Origin: Toensbergia leucococca
Lineage: Eukaryota
Length of the DNA stretch: 49,937 nt
Reading direction: 5' to 3'
Assembly (NCBI GenBank): GCA_022813965.1
Contig: JALDZS010000029.1
Location: 124,001 to 173,937 of the forward strand
Shown here: in pieces, positions 36,016 to 47,466 of the stretch
How the letters are laid out: every line of letters starts with the position of its first letter
Numbering within the stretch: the first letter of the stretch is position 1
Notes under the pieces: model-generated
Database searches by the model: none
What the model was told of the DNA's origin: nothing
The model's input: the letters and a program-made list of their open reading frames with translations, nothing else
Made by a program: the position numbers and the translations under genes

Positions 36016-36990
36016 TTAATGAGTTTTCAACCATTCTAACATTTGGCCGAATGCTTCCTTTTGTGCTTCCTGAATTTTTGCATCTTCGTATTCGCCAATG
36101 ACAGCAAAGCCATGTGGTACGCCTGGAAAGACCTTAATCTCATGCTCGACTTGCTTCTCCTCAAGAAAGTTCTGACCCGCAATGCGAACATCATCCGGAA
36201 ATAGCTGGTCGTTCTCTGTGCATACCATTGTGACGGGTACCTGGATCCCTTCGATATCATCCTTCGTAATCGACGTACCATGCGCCAAAGCACCAGCTTT
36301 TATCAACGGTCCTGACTTTGCCATTCCTTGCTCTTCGTCCCTCAAAGCTTGCCCATGAGCTACAGTGTCTAGTATTTCAGCGCCCAGCAGTAAAACGTAT
36401 TTTCCTCCAAAACAGTAACCTGCTGCGTATACCCCCCCGCCATTGGCAACTGCATCGGCGAATTCTTCTTTTGCTCCTTCGACTACCTTTTGTAATATCG
36501 GTAGGACCTTTTCAGGCGTCTGACGTGCGAGCCACATGTCTATCATAAAAGACTTGGCTGTCTCTGCAGCGTGTAGTTTGACTTTCTCTATCAGCGAAGG
36601 GTTCGAGTCTGGTGCAAGGTTCGTATCGGTTGCGCCGCTCGGAGCTGGATCTCCCGCAAATTGGTCCGGCATAACTACCAGGAAGCCCTCACTTGCAAAC
36701 TTGTCTGCTTGAAGCTGGTTATTTGTTGAATTTATGCCAGTGCCGCTACTCAGGAGGAGTAAGAGCTTCGAGGGTGAATGGGGATAGTCGCTCGGCTTTG
36801 TAATGTAAACGTCGATGTCGGCGATCTTGGATATCTCACCACTTGGAGTACTTTCAGTGGGAGACGGTCGGTCTGTCACACAATGTTCCCCCATGCTTGG
36901 ACCTTCTTGGGCCGGAGTGTCTTTGGGAATTATCTTTTGCTCCTCAGCATCGCTCTTGGGAGCTTTGGTAGCGAGATCTTCGTCTGCCAT
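36016..36990 (-). CDS. Dienelactone hydrolase family protein
   Basis: NNQLQADKFASEGFLVVMPDQF, GYCFGG nucleophile elbow, END acid, GVPHGF His; intronless; ATG 36990. Confidence 0.88.
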   Translation of the reverse strand: MADEDLATKAPKSDAEEQKIIPKDTPAQEGPSMGEHCVTDRPSPTESTPSGEISKIADIDVYITKPSDYPHSPSKLLLLLSSGTGINSTNNQLQADKFASEGFLVVMPDQFAGDPAPSGATDTNLAPDSNPSLIEKVKLHAAETAKSFMIDMWLARQTPEKVLPILQKVVEGAKEEFADAVANGGGVYAAGYCFGGKYVLLLGAEILDTVAHGQALRDEEQGMAKSGPLIKAGALAHGTSITKDDIEGIQVPVTMVCTENDQLFPDDVRIAGQNFLEEKQVEHEIKVFPGVPHGFAVIGEYEDAKIQEAQKEAFGQMLEWLKTH

Positions 36991-37193
36991 GTTTTTCAAT
37001 ACTTCGAATTGAATAAGAATAGAGAAGAAATTGGAAGAGAAGCGTGGCCGTATGGTTGGATAATCAGGAAGAATTCCTATCCAGCAAGACCAGCTGTCAT
37101 GAATTCAAGCTGCTGCGGGATGACGATGTAAACAGTGCCAAGACTTTAAAAACCACTACTTACAAAGTATGGCTGCGGGGCAAAAAATACTTA

Positions 37194-37207
37194 ACGCGTC
37201 GACGCGA
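37194..37207. promoter_or_regulatory. Tandem MCB-like elements (ACGCGT, ACGCGA) upstream of rfa1
   Basis: aACGCGTcgACGCGAc about 115-125 bp upstream of the rfa1 ATG. MBF control of RPA genes is established in yeasts. Confidence 0.65.
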
Positions 37208-37319
37208 CAGACACATACTGGTGCTGCTGTGGGAGACTCGACAAGCCAAATACATCGCTGACCATCCTGATAAACTATCGTATCCTCAAGTTATTCGATT
37301 GTATTGCATCCTAGGCAAA

Positions 37320-39455
37320 ATGGCAGGAGCGAGCATTTCTCAAGGTGCACTGCAGTGGGTGACATTCTTCCACTACTTCTTCTGACTGGAAGGTAATCAG
37401 GATCTTTGCAGGGCTATCTTCGAATCTGACGAGGGCCATGCCATGACGATGCAGCCTGTCCTACAGTGTGTTCAAGTAAAGCCGTTGCCCGCCCAAAACG
37501 GTGCCCAGGAGCGATTTAGGGTTGTCTTCAGCGACATGCGAAATTATGTGCAAAGCATGCTTGCTACTCGTAAGTACTCTGGTCTACCATGTCCCGTAGC
37601 CTTTTCTCTATCTGTAGATGCTAAGTCGAAGCCGTCTAGAAGCTAATTACCTTGTAAACGACAACAAGCTCGTCAAAGGCTGCTTCGTCAGGCTGAAGTC
37701 TTTCCAGGCAAACCAGGTAAAGGGAAAAAGGTGATTCTATGCCTACACACCGCTCGTTACTGTGTTCACATTCATTACAGGATCCTCATTGTACTCGATC
37801 TTGATGTCCTTGACGAGTTCGGTATATGTGAGAAATTGGGCGAGCCACAGGCTTTGGAATTCAAAATGGAAGAGGATGTCAAGCCCCAATCGACTACTAT
37901 CTCAAGCAATGGATTCTACGGAAACAAACCTGCACAGCAACAGCAACAGCCACAGCAGCAGAAGTCTCTTCCTTCACGATCGAGTGGTAGCTCAGCTTCT
38001 CATGCCAACATCTATCCCATAGAAGCACTTTCTCCTTATGCTCACAAGTGGAGTATCAAAGCTCGATGTACTAGCAAATCGGATGTGAAGACATGGCACA
38101 ATAAGAACGGAGAGGGTAAGCTGTTTAGTGTGAATTTGCTAGATGAGAGTGGAGAGATCCGTGCCACAGGTTTCGGGGAACAATGCGATCTACTATACGA
38201 CTTGTTTCATGAAGGCGGAGTCTACTACATAACGAGTCCTTGTCGGGTACAGCTGGCAAAGAAACAATTCAGCAACCTCAAAAATGACTATGAGCTGACT
38301 TTCGAGCGTGACACAATGGTAGAGAAGGTATGGATCAAACCCACTAGCCAAAACTTTACTAGACTGTTGCTCATCATGGTTTCCTAGGCCGAAGAGCAAG
38401 ATGGCGTTCCTCAGATACGATTCAATTTCACCAGTATCGGTGATCTTCAATCGGTCGAGAAAGACACAGCAATCGATACGATTGGAATCCTCAAAGAAGT
38501 TGGAGAAACATCACAGATCGTTTCGAAGACCACAAGCAAACCTTATGACAAGCGTGAACTAACCCTCGTAGATAACACCCTACACTCTGTCAGGCTTACG
38601 ATATGGGGCAATACTGCCACCTCGTTTGACGTCTTACCCGAATCTGTCATTGCTTTCAAAGGGGTCAAAGTCTCGGATTTTAATGGAAGGAGCTTGAGTC
38701 TGCTAAGCTCTGGGTCCATGACTGTGGATCCCGATATAGATGAGGCGCACAAGCTCAAAGGCTGGTACGATGCCCAGGGTCGGAACGATACTTTCTCCTC
38801 CCACGCCTCGATGGGCGGGTCTATGGGAGCAGCTGGTGGCCGGAACGATCCAACGAAATCGATTCTTCAAGTCAAAGAGGAAAATCTTGGCATGTCAGAA
38901 GAGACAGACTATTTCACCGCCAAAGCCACCATCATCTTTGTCAAGCAGGAAAATGTTGCTTACCCTGCGTGCTTATCAGAGGGCTGCAATAAGAAAGTAG
39001 CGGAGATCAACGGGGAATGGCGATGTGAACGGTGCGACAAGAACCACCCAAAGCCAGAATATCGATATATCATGTCTATCAATGTCAGCGATCACACGGG
39101 AACGATGTGGCTGAGTTGTTTTGATGATGTGGGAAGGATGATTATGGGTATGAGCGCCGACGAATTGATGACTCTAAAGGAAACCAACGAAAAGGCCGCC
39201 GAGGAAGTTTTCCATCAAGCCAATTGCAAAACTTGGATTTTCAAATGTCGAGCTAAGATGGACAATTTCCAGGACCAGCAGAGGTTAGTGTTCTTCTTTT
39301 GACTCTGTCTAGAGTACTTTTACCCAGTTCCGGTTTTAGACTAATACTCGCGTAGAGTGCGATATCAGGTATCCGGAGCCAGTGCTCTGAATTACTCCAA
39401 CGAGTGTAGGAAGTTGGAGGAACTGATCAAGTTGTACAATATCGATGGCACGTAG
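37320..39455 (+). CDS. rfa1: Replication protein A large subunit (RPA70/Ssb1), 6 exons
   Basis: PVLQCVQVK, ERFRVVFSD, IYPIEALSPYAHKWSIKAR, GEGKLFSVNLLDESGEIRATGF, DPDIDEAHKLKGWY, zinc finger YPACLSEGCNKKV...WRCERC; TAG 39453-39455. Confidence 0.95.
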
Positions 39456-40491
39456 CGAGGCTCTAAATTATGCATACTACGACCCTTTCTTTCCAGTACT
39501 TCGCTATTTGGGTGGAATGGGCGCATCGGCATCTCATCTTGTCCCCTTTTGCAATATACATGCCTGCCCGCTGCTATCAGCATGAAGGATTGGCGATCAG
39601 CAACATCATCTTGCCCCCTGTCATCGAGGTGATCTCTTTGCCCATTTTTACCTTCATCCTGTGCAGGTATGAGCGCTTTCCTACAACAACATGAGTAGAT
39701 GTTGCGCAACGCGTACCGGGTCTGAAACCCCTCGCTTCCTTTCTGTGGCCTGGTAGTGTCTGCTTCTCTTTGAGCTAGGAAGACACACTTTGACAATCAC
39801 GACTCACTGTCTTCCGAAACTTGCAAAAGTATACCGAGTGTCAAATTTGGTGATTTGAGTACCCCGAGACCAAAGTTACTTTCCCCCTTTTTTTCTCAGC
39901 CCCCAATTTCTGATGGGGATGGTAACACGTAAGGTGCTGTTTTTGTGAACATCAAACCACTTTCCCTCGTACTTGAAAAACCCCTACTGATTCCTCTTCG
40001 TGATTTTGAGTCTTGGGTTTTTGAGTTGACGGGGCCCTGGGTTTTTCTAATCACGTGCGAGCACATTTGTGTTTTTCTTTGTGGGATGAGAGGATGTGGT
40101 TGTGAGGGTGCTGTTTCCGTAAGGGGGAGGGGAGAGGGTGGAGGGGAGAGGAGGAAAGGAGGGACATGTGGGAGTTGGATGTGTTGGGTTTTGGATATTT
40201 GTGGGGGGTTTTTTGTGATGGGGAAGGGGAGGGGTGAGAGGGTGAAGAGGAGGGAGCGGGGTTAGATGGGAGGTTGGATTGGAGGTTGGGAGAGGGAATT
40301 GGAAGAGGATTTTCTGGGAGGGTTGTTTAAGTGGCGGGTTTCGCCAATGGAGTTGTATTTACTCGGGCTCTTTGGGGGGGAAAAGGGGCGGAAGACCAAT
40401 GACTAGACGAGGTTTGAGTGATAGTGGGATAAGTAAATGGATCATTTCCGAGTCTCTCTAGAAGCGTGTTCCGATACACCCTTTCCGAAAC

Positions 40492-41557
40492 TCAACCCCC
40501 AATCATATGCTCTCCCTCCGCCGGAAGATTCGCATCCATAAACTCGCGTATCGCACTCTGCAAGTCGACATCAAATTAGCTAACCAATTACAACAGATAC
40601 AGAAGACTGATTGCTTTTCGTAAAAGGAAAGACTCACCCAGCTCTTGCACTGATGATGCGGCGTATTCAGCCCGTCGATCTCCTTGCCCCCTTCCTCCGC
40701 CGCCCACTCGACTGACATGTCCCCGGCGCACATGATGCCCTGCCGGATGTAGTCGAAGCAATGCGCCGTGTGGTTGACTTTGGCGCCGAAGCTGCGGTCT
40801 GCGTTTTGGTGGTAGGCGGTCAGGTCTTGGGTGCCGCTCAGGATGCCCCAGTAGATGCCACGGATCATGTCCTGCCTTTTTGTGAGTATGTAGATGGGCT
40901 TATAGGGAAACATCTGGCTCGGAAAGAGGGGAAATATTTACGAGGCAGTGTAGTTGGTGGAATGCGCTGACGCCGAAGTTTTGGCTGCCGGTGCTGGTTA
41001 GGACGCCTTGCTTTAGGTGGTAGCGTTTCGGGTCATCGATGGAGATGAAGCCCATTCCCGCTGTTCAGATGATTTTTTAGACCTGGGTATGGGAATTTGG
41101 AGCGGAGATTGGATCTGCTTACGCCCGAGGAGGGACATCCATTGCGCATCATTTTCGGGGGTAGAGGGCGCGCCGAAGACGGGGTCGGCGTGGAAGACTG
41201 TTCTCTCGAGGGATACTTTGGGAGAAAGGCTTATCAGTCTTGAGGATGTATGTAGTTTTGGACGATTATCTGCGGCTTACTGTGTGGAACAGGAGTCTTA
41301 TATAATGCCATTTCGGACCGTTGAACCCAGAATAGTACTATGAATGCAGCGAGTAATGCAGATGATAATGCAATCAGGGTATATGTCAAACGTCTAAGCT
41401 TTTTCCTGGTGTGGATACCAGCTCGAGTGGGGAAATGAACGGTTTCTTCATCATGTTCGTTTTGCTTTGGTAGCTTTTCTTCTCCTTCATCATTTGATAC
41501 TGGAGAATAGAAAGTGCGAGCTATTTGAGAGTTCCATAGGGGATTGAGAGACAACAT
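40492..41557 (-). CDS. UstYa-like / DUF3328 oxidase, 5 exons
   Basis: N-terminal TM anchor; two HxxHC motifs (FHQLHCL|, NHTAHCFDYIRQGIMCAGD); HQCKSW|. Four introns splice in frame; TGA 40492-40494. Confidence 0.9.
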
Positions 41558-41867
41558 GATGAGTAAAGATCTCTACAAAAACCATTACAGGAATTTGAGA
41601 TGTTTGAAGGATATGAGAGGACTCTTAGCAAGAAGAATACATGACCTCATATCTAACCAGCCGTGTTGTTCAGGATGCATCTTGCCTGGTAGCATACAGG
41701 TCCAGATTCGGGGAGCTAGAAATATCTTATTGGTAAAGTGCCAGTCTTGCACCGCCTATAGAGTTAGCAGAGGCTGCGTCGTGGTGATGATCATAGGTGA
41801 AGCATAACAAGCGATGCTGGTGGAAGGTGTAACATGGCCTCAAGCTAACCTACAATGCTCAATCTAG

Positions 41868-41917
41868 TTACCCTACCCTTATCAAAGCGGTCGCGATCTT
41901 TAGGGTTAGGGCTAGGG
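41868..41917. repeat. Interstitial telomere-like repeats in inverted arrangement
   Basis: ttaccctaccct at 41868-41879 and TTAGGG TTAGGG CTAGGG at 41900-41917. Confidence 0.6.
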
Positions 41918-42108
41918 CTCTAGTAGCCGCATCAATGTTGTGCCGCTGCGATGCATCTCCGAATCCTGACGTGATGACATGATTTGACTGTGGGTGCCGT
42001 GCTTTGATGAGAGGCACGAATAGATGAGTCGAAGCTCCTGGACATTCCTTTCTTTCCTTCATCAAGTCCTTCAAATCCTATAACGAGCTGCAAATGAGTG
42101 ACTTGAAG

Positions 42109-43320
42109 ATGCGAGCTGTCGGTAGGGAGCATGCATCTTTACAGTAGTGTTTGGATTGGATTTATCTAAGACATGGTCAATATTATCTTTGGCTAATTCA
42201 ACAGCTACTATGCAGATATCAGAGGTGGCACTGGGAATGCCGATTCCCTCTTCATCAATAATGAAACTCCAAAGCCCCATCCCAAAGACTCGCAAGCTTT
42301 AGTCAAGATCAAAGCTTTCGGTCTCAATCGAATGGACCTGCTTCAAAGAGAAGGAAATTATCCCGTACCACCTCAAGGCGGAAAGATCCTCGGAGTCGAA
42401 TTCTCTGGGACAATTGAGAGCTTTGGCAAAGAGCCCGAGAAAGGCTTCAAGGTTGGCGATGAAGTTTTTGGCCTGGCTTATGGAGGCAGGTTGAAGATAT
42501 GTTGATAATGTGAAGACTTGACTTGCTCATAGTTGAATAGGTGCTTATGCGGAGTATGTGGCTGTCTCGACACATATGCTCCTCCACAAACCCAGAGAGC
42601 TGTCTTGGGAAGAAGCTGCAGGTATCCCAGAGGTAAAACGCTACCCTTTGGTCTAGCCTAAGCGATTCCTAATCATCTCTGCACGAGACCTAGACATGGA
42701 TTACAGCTACCCAAGCAATGTACCTCGTCGGTGAATTCGCTCGTGGAAAAACAATTCTCTGGCATGCTGGTGCCAGCTCTGTTTCGATCGCTGGAATCCA
42801 ATTGTCTCGCGCTGACAAAGCTGCTGCAATATACGTGACCGCTGGATCACAAGAAAAAGTTGACTTTTGTGTCAAAGAACTAGGTGCTACTGCAGGCTTC
42901 AATTACCACACCCAAGATTGGTCCAAAGAAATCTTGAATGCGACTGATGGCAAAGGTGTTGATGTTATTATTGACTTTATTGGGCAGAGTTATTTCCAGG
43001 GCAACCTAGACGTCGCAGCTAGAGATGGACACATAGTCAATCTTGGGGCAATGAGTGGAACAAAATTGCCTGAGGGCGTGGATATCGGGGGCTTCGTACG
43101 AAAGAGGCTAAGATTTGAGGGTAGTAGTCTAAGGAGCAGAGACGAGCAATATCAGGGGAAATTGAGAAATACCTTGGAGGAACATGCAATGCCAAAGTTT
43201 CTCGACAAGAGCTTTAAGATCTTTGTGGAGAAGGTCATTCCATTTGAAAAGATAGTGGAAGCGCATAAGCTCATGGAGAGTAATAAAACTAAAGGAAAGA
43301 TTATATGCACGGTTTATTAG
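42109..43320 (+). CDS. NADPH:quinone oxidoreductase, PIG3/zeta-crystallin (MDR) family, 4 exons, one GC-AG intron
   Basis: MRAV|DI, LVKIKAFGLNRMDLLQREG, ILGVEFSG, LAYG|GAYAEY, AAGIPE|TWITATQA, WHAGASSVSIAGIQL, MESNKTKGKII. Confidence 0.9.
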
Positions 43321-43458
43321 CAATGTTACTCGGGTACTCCTAGAGGATGTTAGAATGCTGTACTCCGTGGTTGGTAGCACATTACTCCGTACATGGTCAA
43401 ATAAATATGGCTTGTGAGTTCATCATCAACGTGCTTGAAAGATATTAGGGTTTCGTTA

Positions 43459-43473
43459 GTAGAATAGGGCTGA
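43459..43473. promoter_or_regulatory. GTAGAATAGGGCTGA element upstream of dbp3, identical to the 15-mer upstream of rpl31
   Basis: Exact match to 14292-14306; an extra TTAGGG at about 43445. Confidence 0.4.
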
Positions 43474-43583
43474 GAGAAACCTCGGCAAACTTTTGTATTA
43501 ATTGCTAGAACAAGAAGGCGAAAAAATACGAAATTCTTCTGCGACGACAATCTCAAAATTCTGTCCTACGGTCCAACTAAAGC

Positions 43584-45409
43584 ATGGCAAAACGACAACA
43601 TGACGAATCCGAAGATATCAAAGTCAACGGGTCGGATTCGAAAAAGCGCAAGGTTAATGCGCCCGACAATAAACCAGAAAATGGTCGTGGGAAGAATGGA
43701 CTTTCCAAAGAAGAGCGGAAACAACTGAAAAAATTGAGAAAGTTGGCGGAGATTCCGAAGACCAGGGAAAGCGACAATTTCGTCAGAAGAGAAGCACGAA
43801 AAGCAGAGAAGGCACGCTCGAAGGCTGTCAAAAGGGCTGCGAAACTCGAGAAAAGTGCAGCGTTGCTGCCGTCACAACATGCTACTCGCAAGCTCGGGAA
43901 GAATGCCAATCCAGAGAAGAACCCAACCCCCTCGACCCTGAAATCACTCCCCCAATCCAAATACTCCGAAGACCCGGCCCTAACCGCACTCCCCCAATCT
44001 GAAATAACCTCTTTCCTCTCCAAAAATTTCATCACAATCACCGATCCCTCTTCCACTCCCCTACGTCCAATTCTCAACTTCGCCCACCTAGCCCCCACAT
44101 CGCCTTCCACCCTCTCCCCCTTCGCCTCCTTCAAAACCCCCACCCCAATTCAAGCCGCTGCCTGGCCTTTCCTCCTCTCCGGCCGCGACGTCATAGGCGT
44201 CGCTGAGACCGGCTCCGGCAAAACCCTTGCATTCGGCGTCCCATGCATACGTGCCATCAGTTCTCAGCCCAAGAAGGCAAAATCCGGTTCTGTAGCAAGA
44301 GCCGTCATGGTGTCCCCTACCCGTGAACTCGCTGTGCAGATCCACGAGCAAATCACCCAGCTAGCCACACCCGCCGGCCTCAAAGCTGTCTGCGTCTACG
44401 GTGGCGTGCCCAAAGACCCCCAGCGCCTGGCTCTCAAAACGGCACAAATCATCGTTGCTACACCAGGCCGCCTGCAGGATCTGATAAACGAGGGCGCGGC
44501 AAATCTGAGCAACGTGACCTATCTTGTCTTGGACGAAGCAGATCGCATGCTAGACAAGGGGTTCGAAGAGGAGATCCGCAAGATCATATCCACAACCCCC
44601 TCCACGGCCCAGGGAAGACAAACCCTCATGTTCACAGCCACCTGGCCGCCCTCCGTCCGCGACCTTGCCGCCACCTTCATGCTCAACCCCGTTCACATCG
44701 CCATCGGTGACAACCCCACAGGCGAATTGCGCGCCAACACCCGCATCGAGCAAAAGGTCGAAGTGGTAGATCCGTACGACAAGGAACCTCGCATTCTGCA
44801 GCTCATCAAGCAGTATCAAAGCGGTAAGAGCCGGGACGATCGCATATTGGTGTTTTGCCTGTACAAGAAGGAGGCTACGAGGGTGGAGCGGTATTTGCGC
44901 GGCAAGGGGCTCCGGGTTGCGGCTATCCATGGGGATTTGAGCCAGGGGGCGCGGACGGAGGGTTTGGAGGCCTTCAAGTCTGGGGAGTGTCCGCTGCTAG
45001 TGGCGACGGATGTTGCGGCTCGGGGCTTGGATATCCCGGCTGTGAAGTTGGTGCTGAATGTTACGTTTCCGTTGACGGTGGAGGATTATGTGCACAGGAT
45101 AGGGAGGTGAGTCACTACCACCCTGCGTGCCTGACTTGAGGATTTTTGCTCCCGAAGACTGACCTGATGCACTCGTACAGAACCGGGCGAGCGGGCAAGG
45201 AAGGGCTAGCGATCACATTATTCACAGAGCACGATAAGGCGCAATCCGGGGCATTGATCAACGTGCTCAAGGCTGCAGGCCAGGCGGTGCCGGACGAGCT
45301 CCTGAAATTTGGGACTACGGTCAAGAAAAAGGGGCATGATGCTTACGGGGCGTTTTACAAAGAGACGGACACGGCGAAACCCGCCACGAAGATTAAATTC
45401 GATGATTGA
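43584..45409 (+). CDS. dbp3: DEAD-box RNA helicase Dbp3 (pre-rRNA processing)
   Basis: [83 protein letters not shown]; intron 45107-45180. Confidence 0.95.
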
Positions 45410-45474
45410 CTGAGTGATCAATTGAACGGCTAGATAAAAGTTGCAAGAGAGGCTATTAGACGTATGAAAGAGAT

Positions 45475-47291
45475 CTAGGAATCTTTCTTGCTAGCTTTGG
45501 AGATAGATTGGGGGGTTTGGAGCATCTGGTAGCACTGGTAGAGGAAGACTCGCTCGAAGAACAAGCTGTAGCTTGTTAGCACGTTATCCCCATTGGGATC
45601 ATCAAGCCAGAAATTCCAATGGGCAACTCACAGCACGACCCCGTAACTCCCTGCAACGGCAACCCATTTCACTAGATCCGCCACACTCCTGTTGAATGTC
45701 TTTTCTACACTTTTGAGATAGAACGCTGCAGTAATCCCAAGTAACCTAGTTCCCACCGTCGGAAACATCTCCGTGATCCCCAGCTTCGCTCCCTTCTGCT
45801 CCAGATACCCGTTCACAAACCCCCAACTCCACCAGATCCGCATTGCCATGTTGACGGCATTTGCCAGGACCAAACCCCTCGCTCCGAGATCGTAGACTCG
45901 CAACACCACAAAGCCTGTTCCTGCGAAGGCGGCGCTGAATGCAAACATCCATGCTGATTGCATTCGTAACTGTGTGGGTGTGGCGATGGAGGAGACGAAA
46001 GCTTCCAGGATGCCGTTGATGGCGAGAAGTGGGATGTAATAGCAATAGGCGGCGAGAACATCGCTGGCGGGAGTGGACGACCAACGGGAACCGGCGACGT
46101 AACGCAGGAGAAGAGGTGCAAACGTGGGTCCGACGGACATGGCGAGCATGGAGAGGAGGCTGTAGAGGTGGAGTATTGTGCGGAGGTATGCACGACCGTG
46201 GATGACACCCTCTGGGGTGGCGGTTGTGTTTGCGGAAGATGGGGCGAGGAGACGACCGAAGAGTCCGCGGCTGGATTCTTCGATGGGTTGAAAGAGGATA
46301 CGGGCTAGGAGGCTACCGTAGTTGGAGGCCAGGGAGTAGGCGCCCTGAGTGGGGAGGGAGGTGAGAGTTGCCATGAGGAAGGAATCGCCGCTTGTGAGGA
46401 GGTGTTTGAGAGCTGATTGGGCGTAGAGATTTAGGGCAAGGGTGGATGCCGGGAGAGAGAAGCGGGAGAGGAGGTAGGGAGCTTGGCTGGGATGGATTAG
46501 GAGCTGGGGCGTTCTGTTGAAGAGGGCACGTACCTTGGGGTAAGGGGCTTGAGGAGGAGGGAGAAGCCACTTTTGGCGCATGTTGGATAGATCTTGGTGA
46601 AGTAGACGGCATTTAATATTGTTGAATAGGTCAATTGGCCGAGGGCGAACGGGAGTACGCCGAGATCATGATGTGTTCTGCTCGCCCAGACAGCTGTAGC
46701 GCAAGCTACTAGACATCTGGTGAATGTTGCCAACGTCTCTGCGGAAGCCCGAGTAGCATATAGCATCTGCTGCTGTGAAATGGCGAAGCATGGCTCATTC
46801 AGCAGTTCTAGAATGGAGGCAATGGCGTAGATGTTCAGGGAGCTGTAGAGATATGGTGTGTTGAGAACGGCGGCTTCGGCATTGCGAAGGTAGAGCTTTG
46901 CAAGAAGGTATGCAAGTGGAAATCCCAAGGAAATGGCAACGTAGGAGAGATTGATGACTTCCTGAGCTCTTCGAGCCGACTCGTAGCTGGCTGCTATTTG
47001 TTTAGGCGATTTCTCATCTTGGCGGGAGTCGTCTCGGCGCCGCTGAAGGGCGACGCGGAGACTCTCGCGGGCAAAGTAGAGCACGGAGATGACATATAGA
47101 TCTAGTTGGGTGGAGATACCGAGGAGTGCTGGGGAGAGGTAGCGTAGAAGGACTTGGTTGACAATGAAGGTTAGAGCTCGAGATCCGATTTGAAGGAGAA
47201 TGAGGAAGCTTGCGCCTTGAGCCGATTTTACCAGAAGTGACTGCGATTTTCGAACATCGTCAACAATTTCTTCACGACGAGACTCGGACAT
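45475..47291 (-). CDS. rft1: Rft1 oligosaccharide translocation protein, 3 exons
   Basis: GASFLILLQIGSRALTFIVNQVLLR, LYFARESLRVALQR, KHLLTSGD, QGAYSLASNYGSLLARILFQPIEESSR, YCYYIPLLAINGILEAF; TAG 45475-45477. Confidence 0.93.
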
Positions 47292-47466
47292 TTTATAGAG
47301 GTTTTCTTGATGTTATTCCCATAGGTTTGACTGAGAGGGTTTCATCAACTTCAGCCATCCCTCCCATGCGAATGTACGGATGCATTGTTGTTCAACGCTA
47401 CGCCAATCAAAACACTTCTACATCACCCATCTTCGATCTTTAGGTCATTAAATATCTACAGGGGAC

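Noticed and set aside
39392..39796. Minus-strand ORF as the RiPP precursor for the UstYa enzyme (RGQDD / KRGQDE)
   Set aside because: No signal peptide, no true repeated core, no ATG at the ORF start, and it runs antisense into the rfa1 last exon.
40255..41920. Telomerase RNA template
   Set aside because: CTAACCCCG near 40260 is not a valid template. The repeats at 41900 lie in a ~550-bp intergenic gap, too short for a Pezizomycotina TER, and no pseudoknot was evident.
41971..42060. Box C/D snoRNA starting at GTGATGA
   Set aside because: No downstream CTGA box D or terminal stem at a suitable distance.
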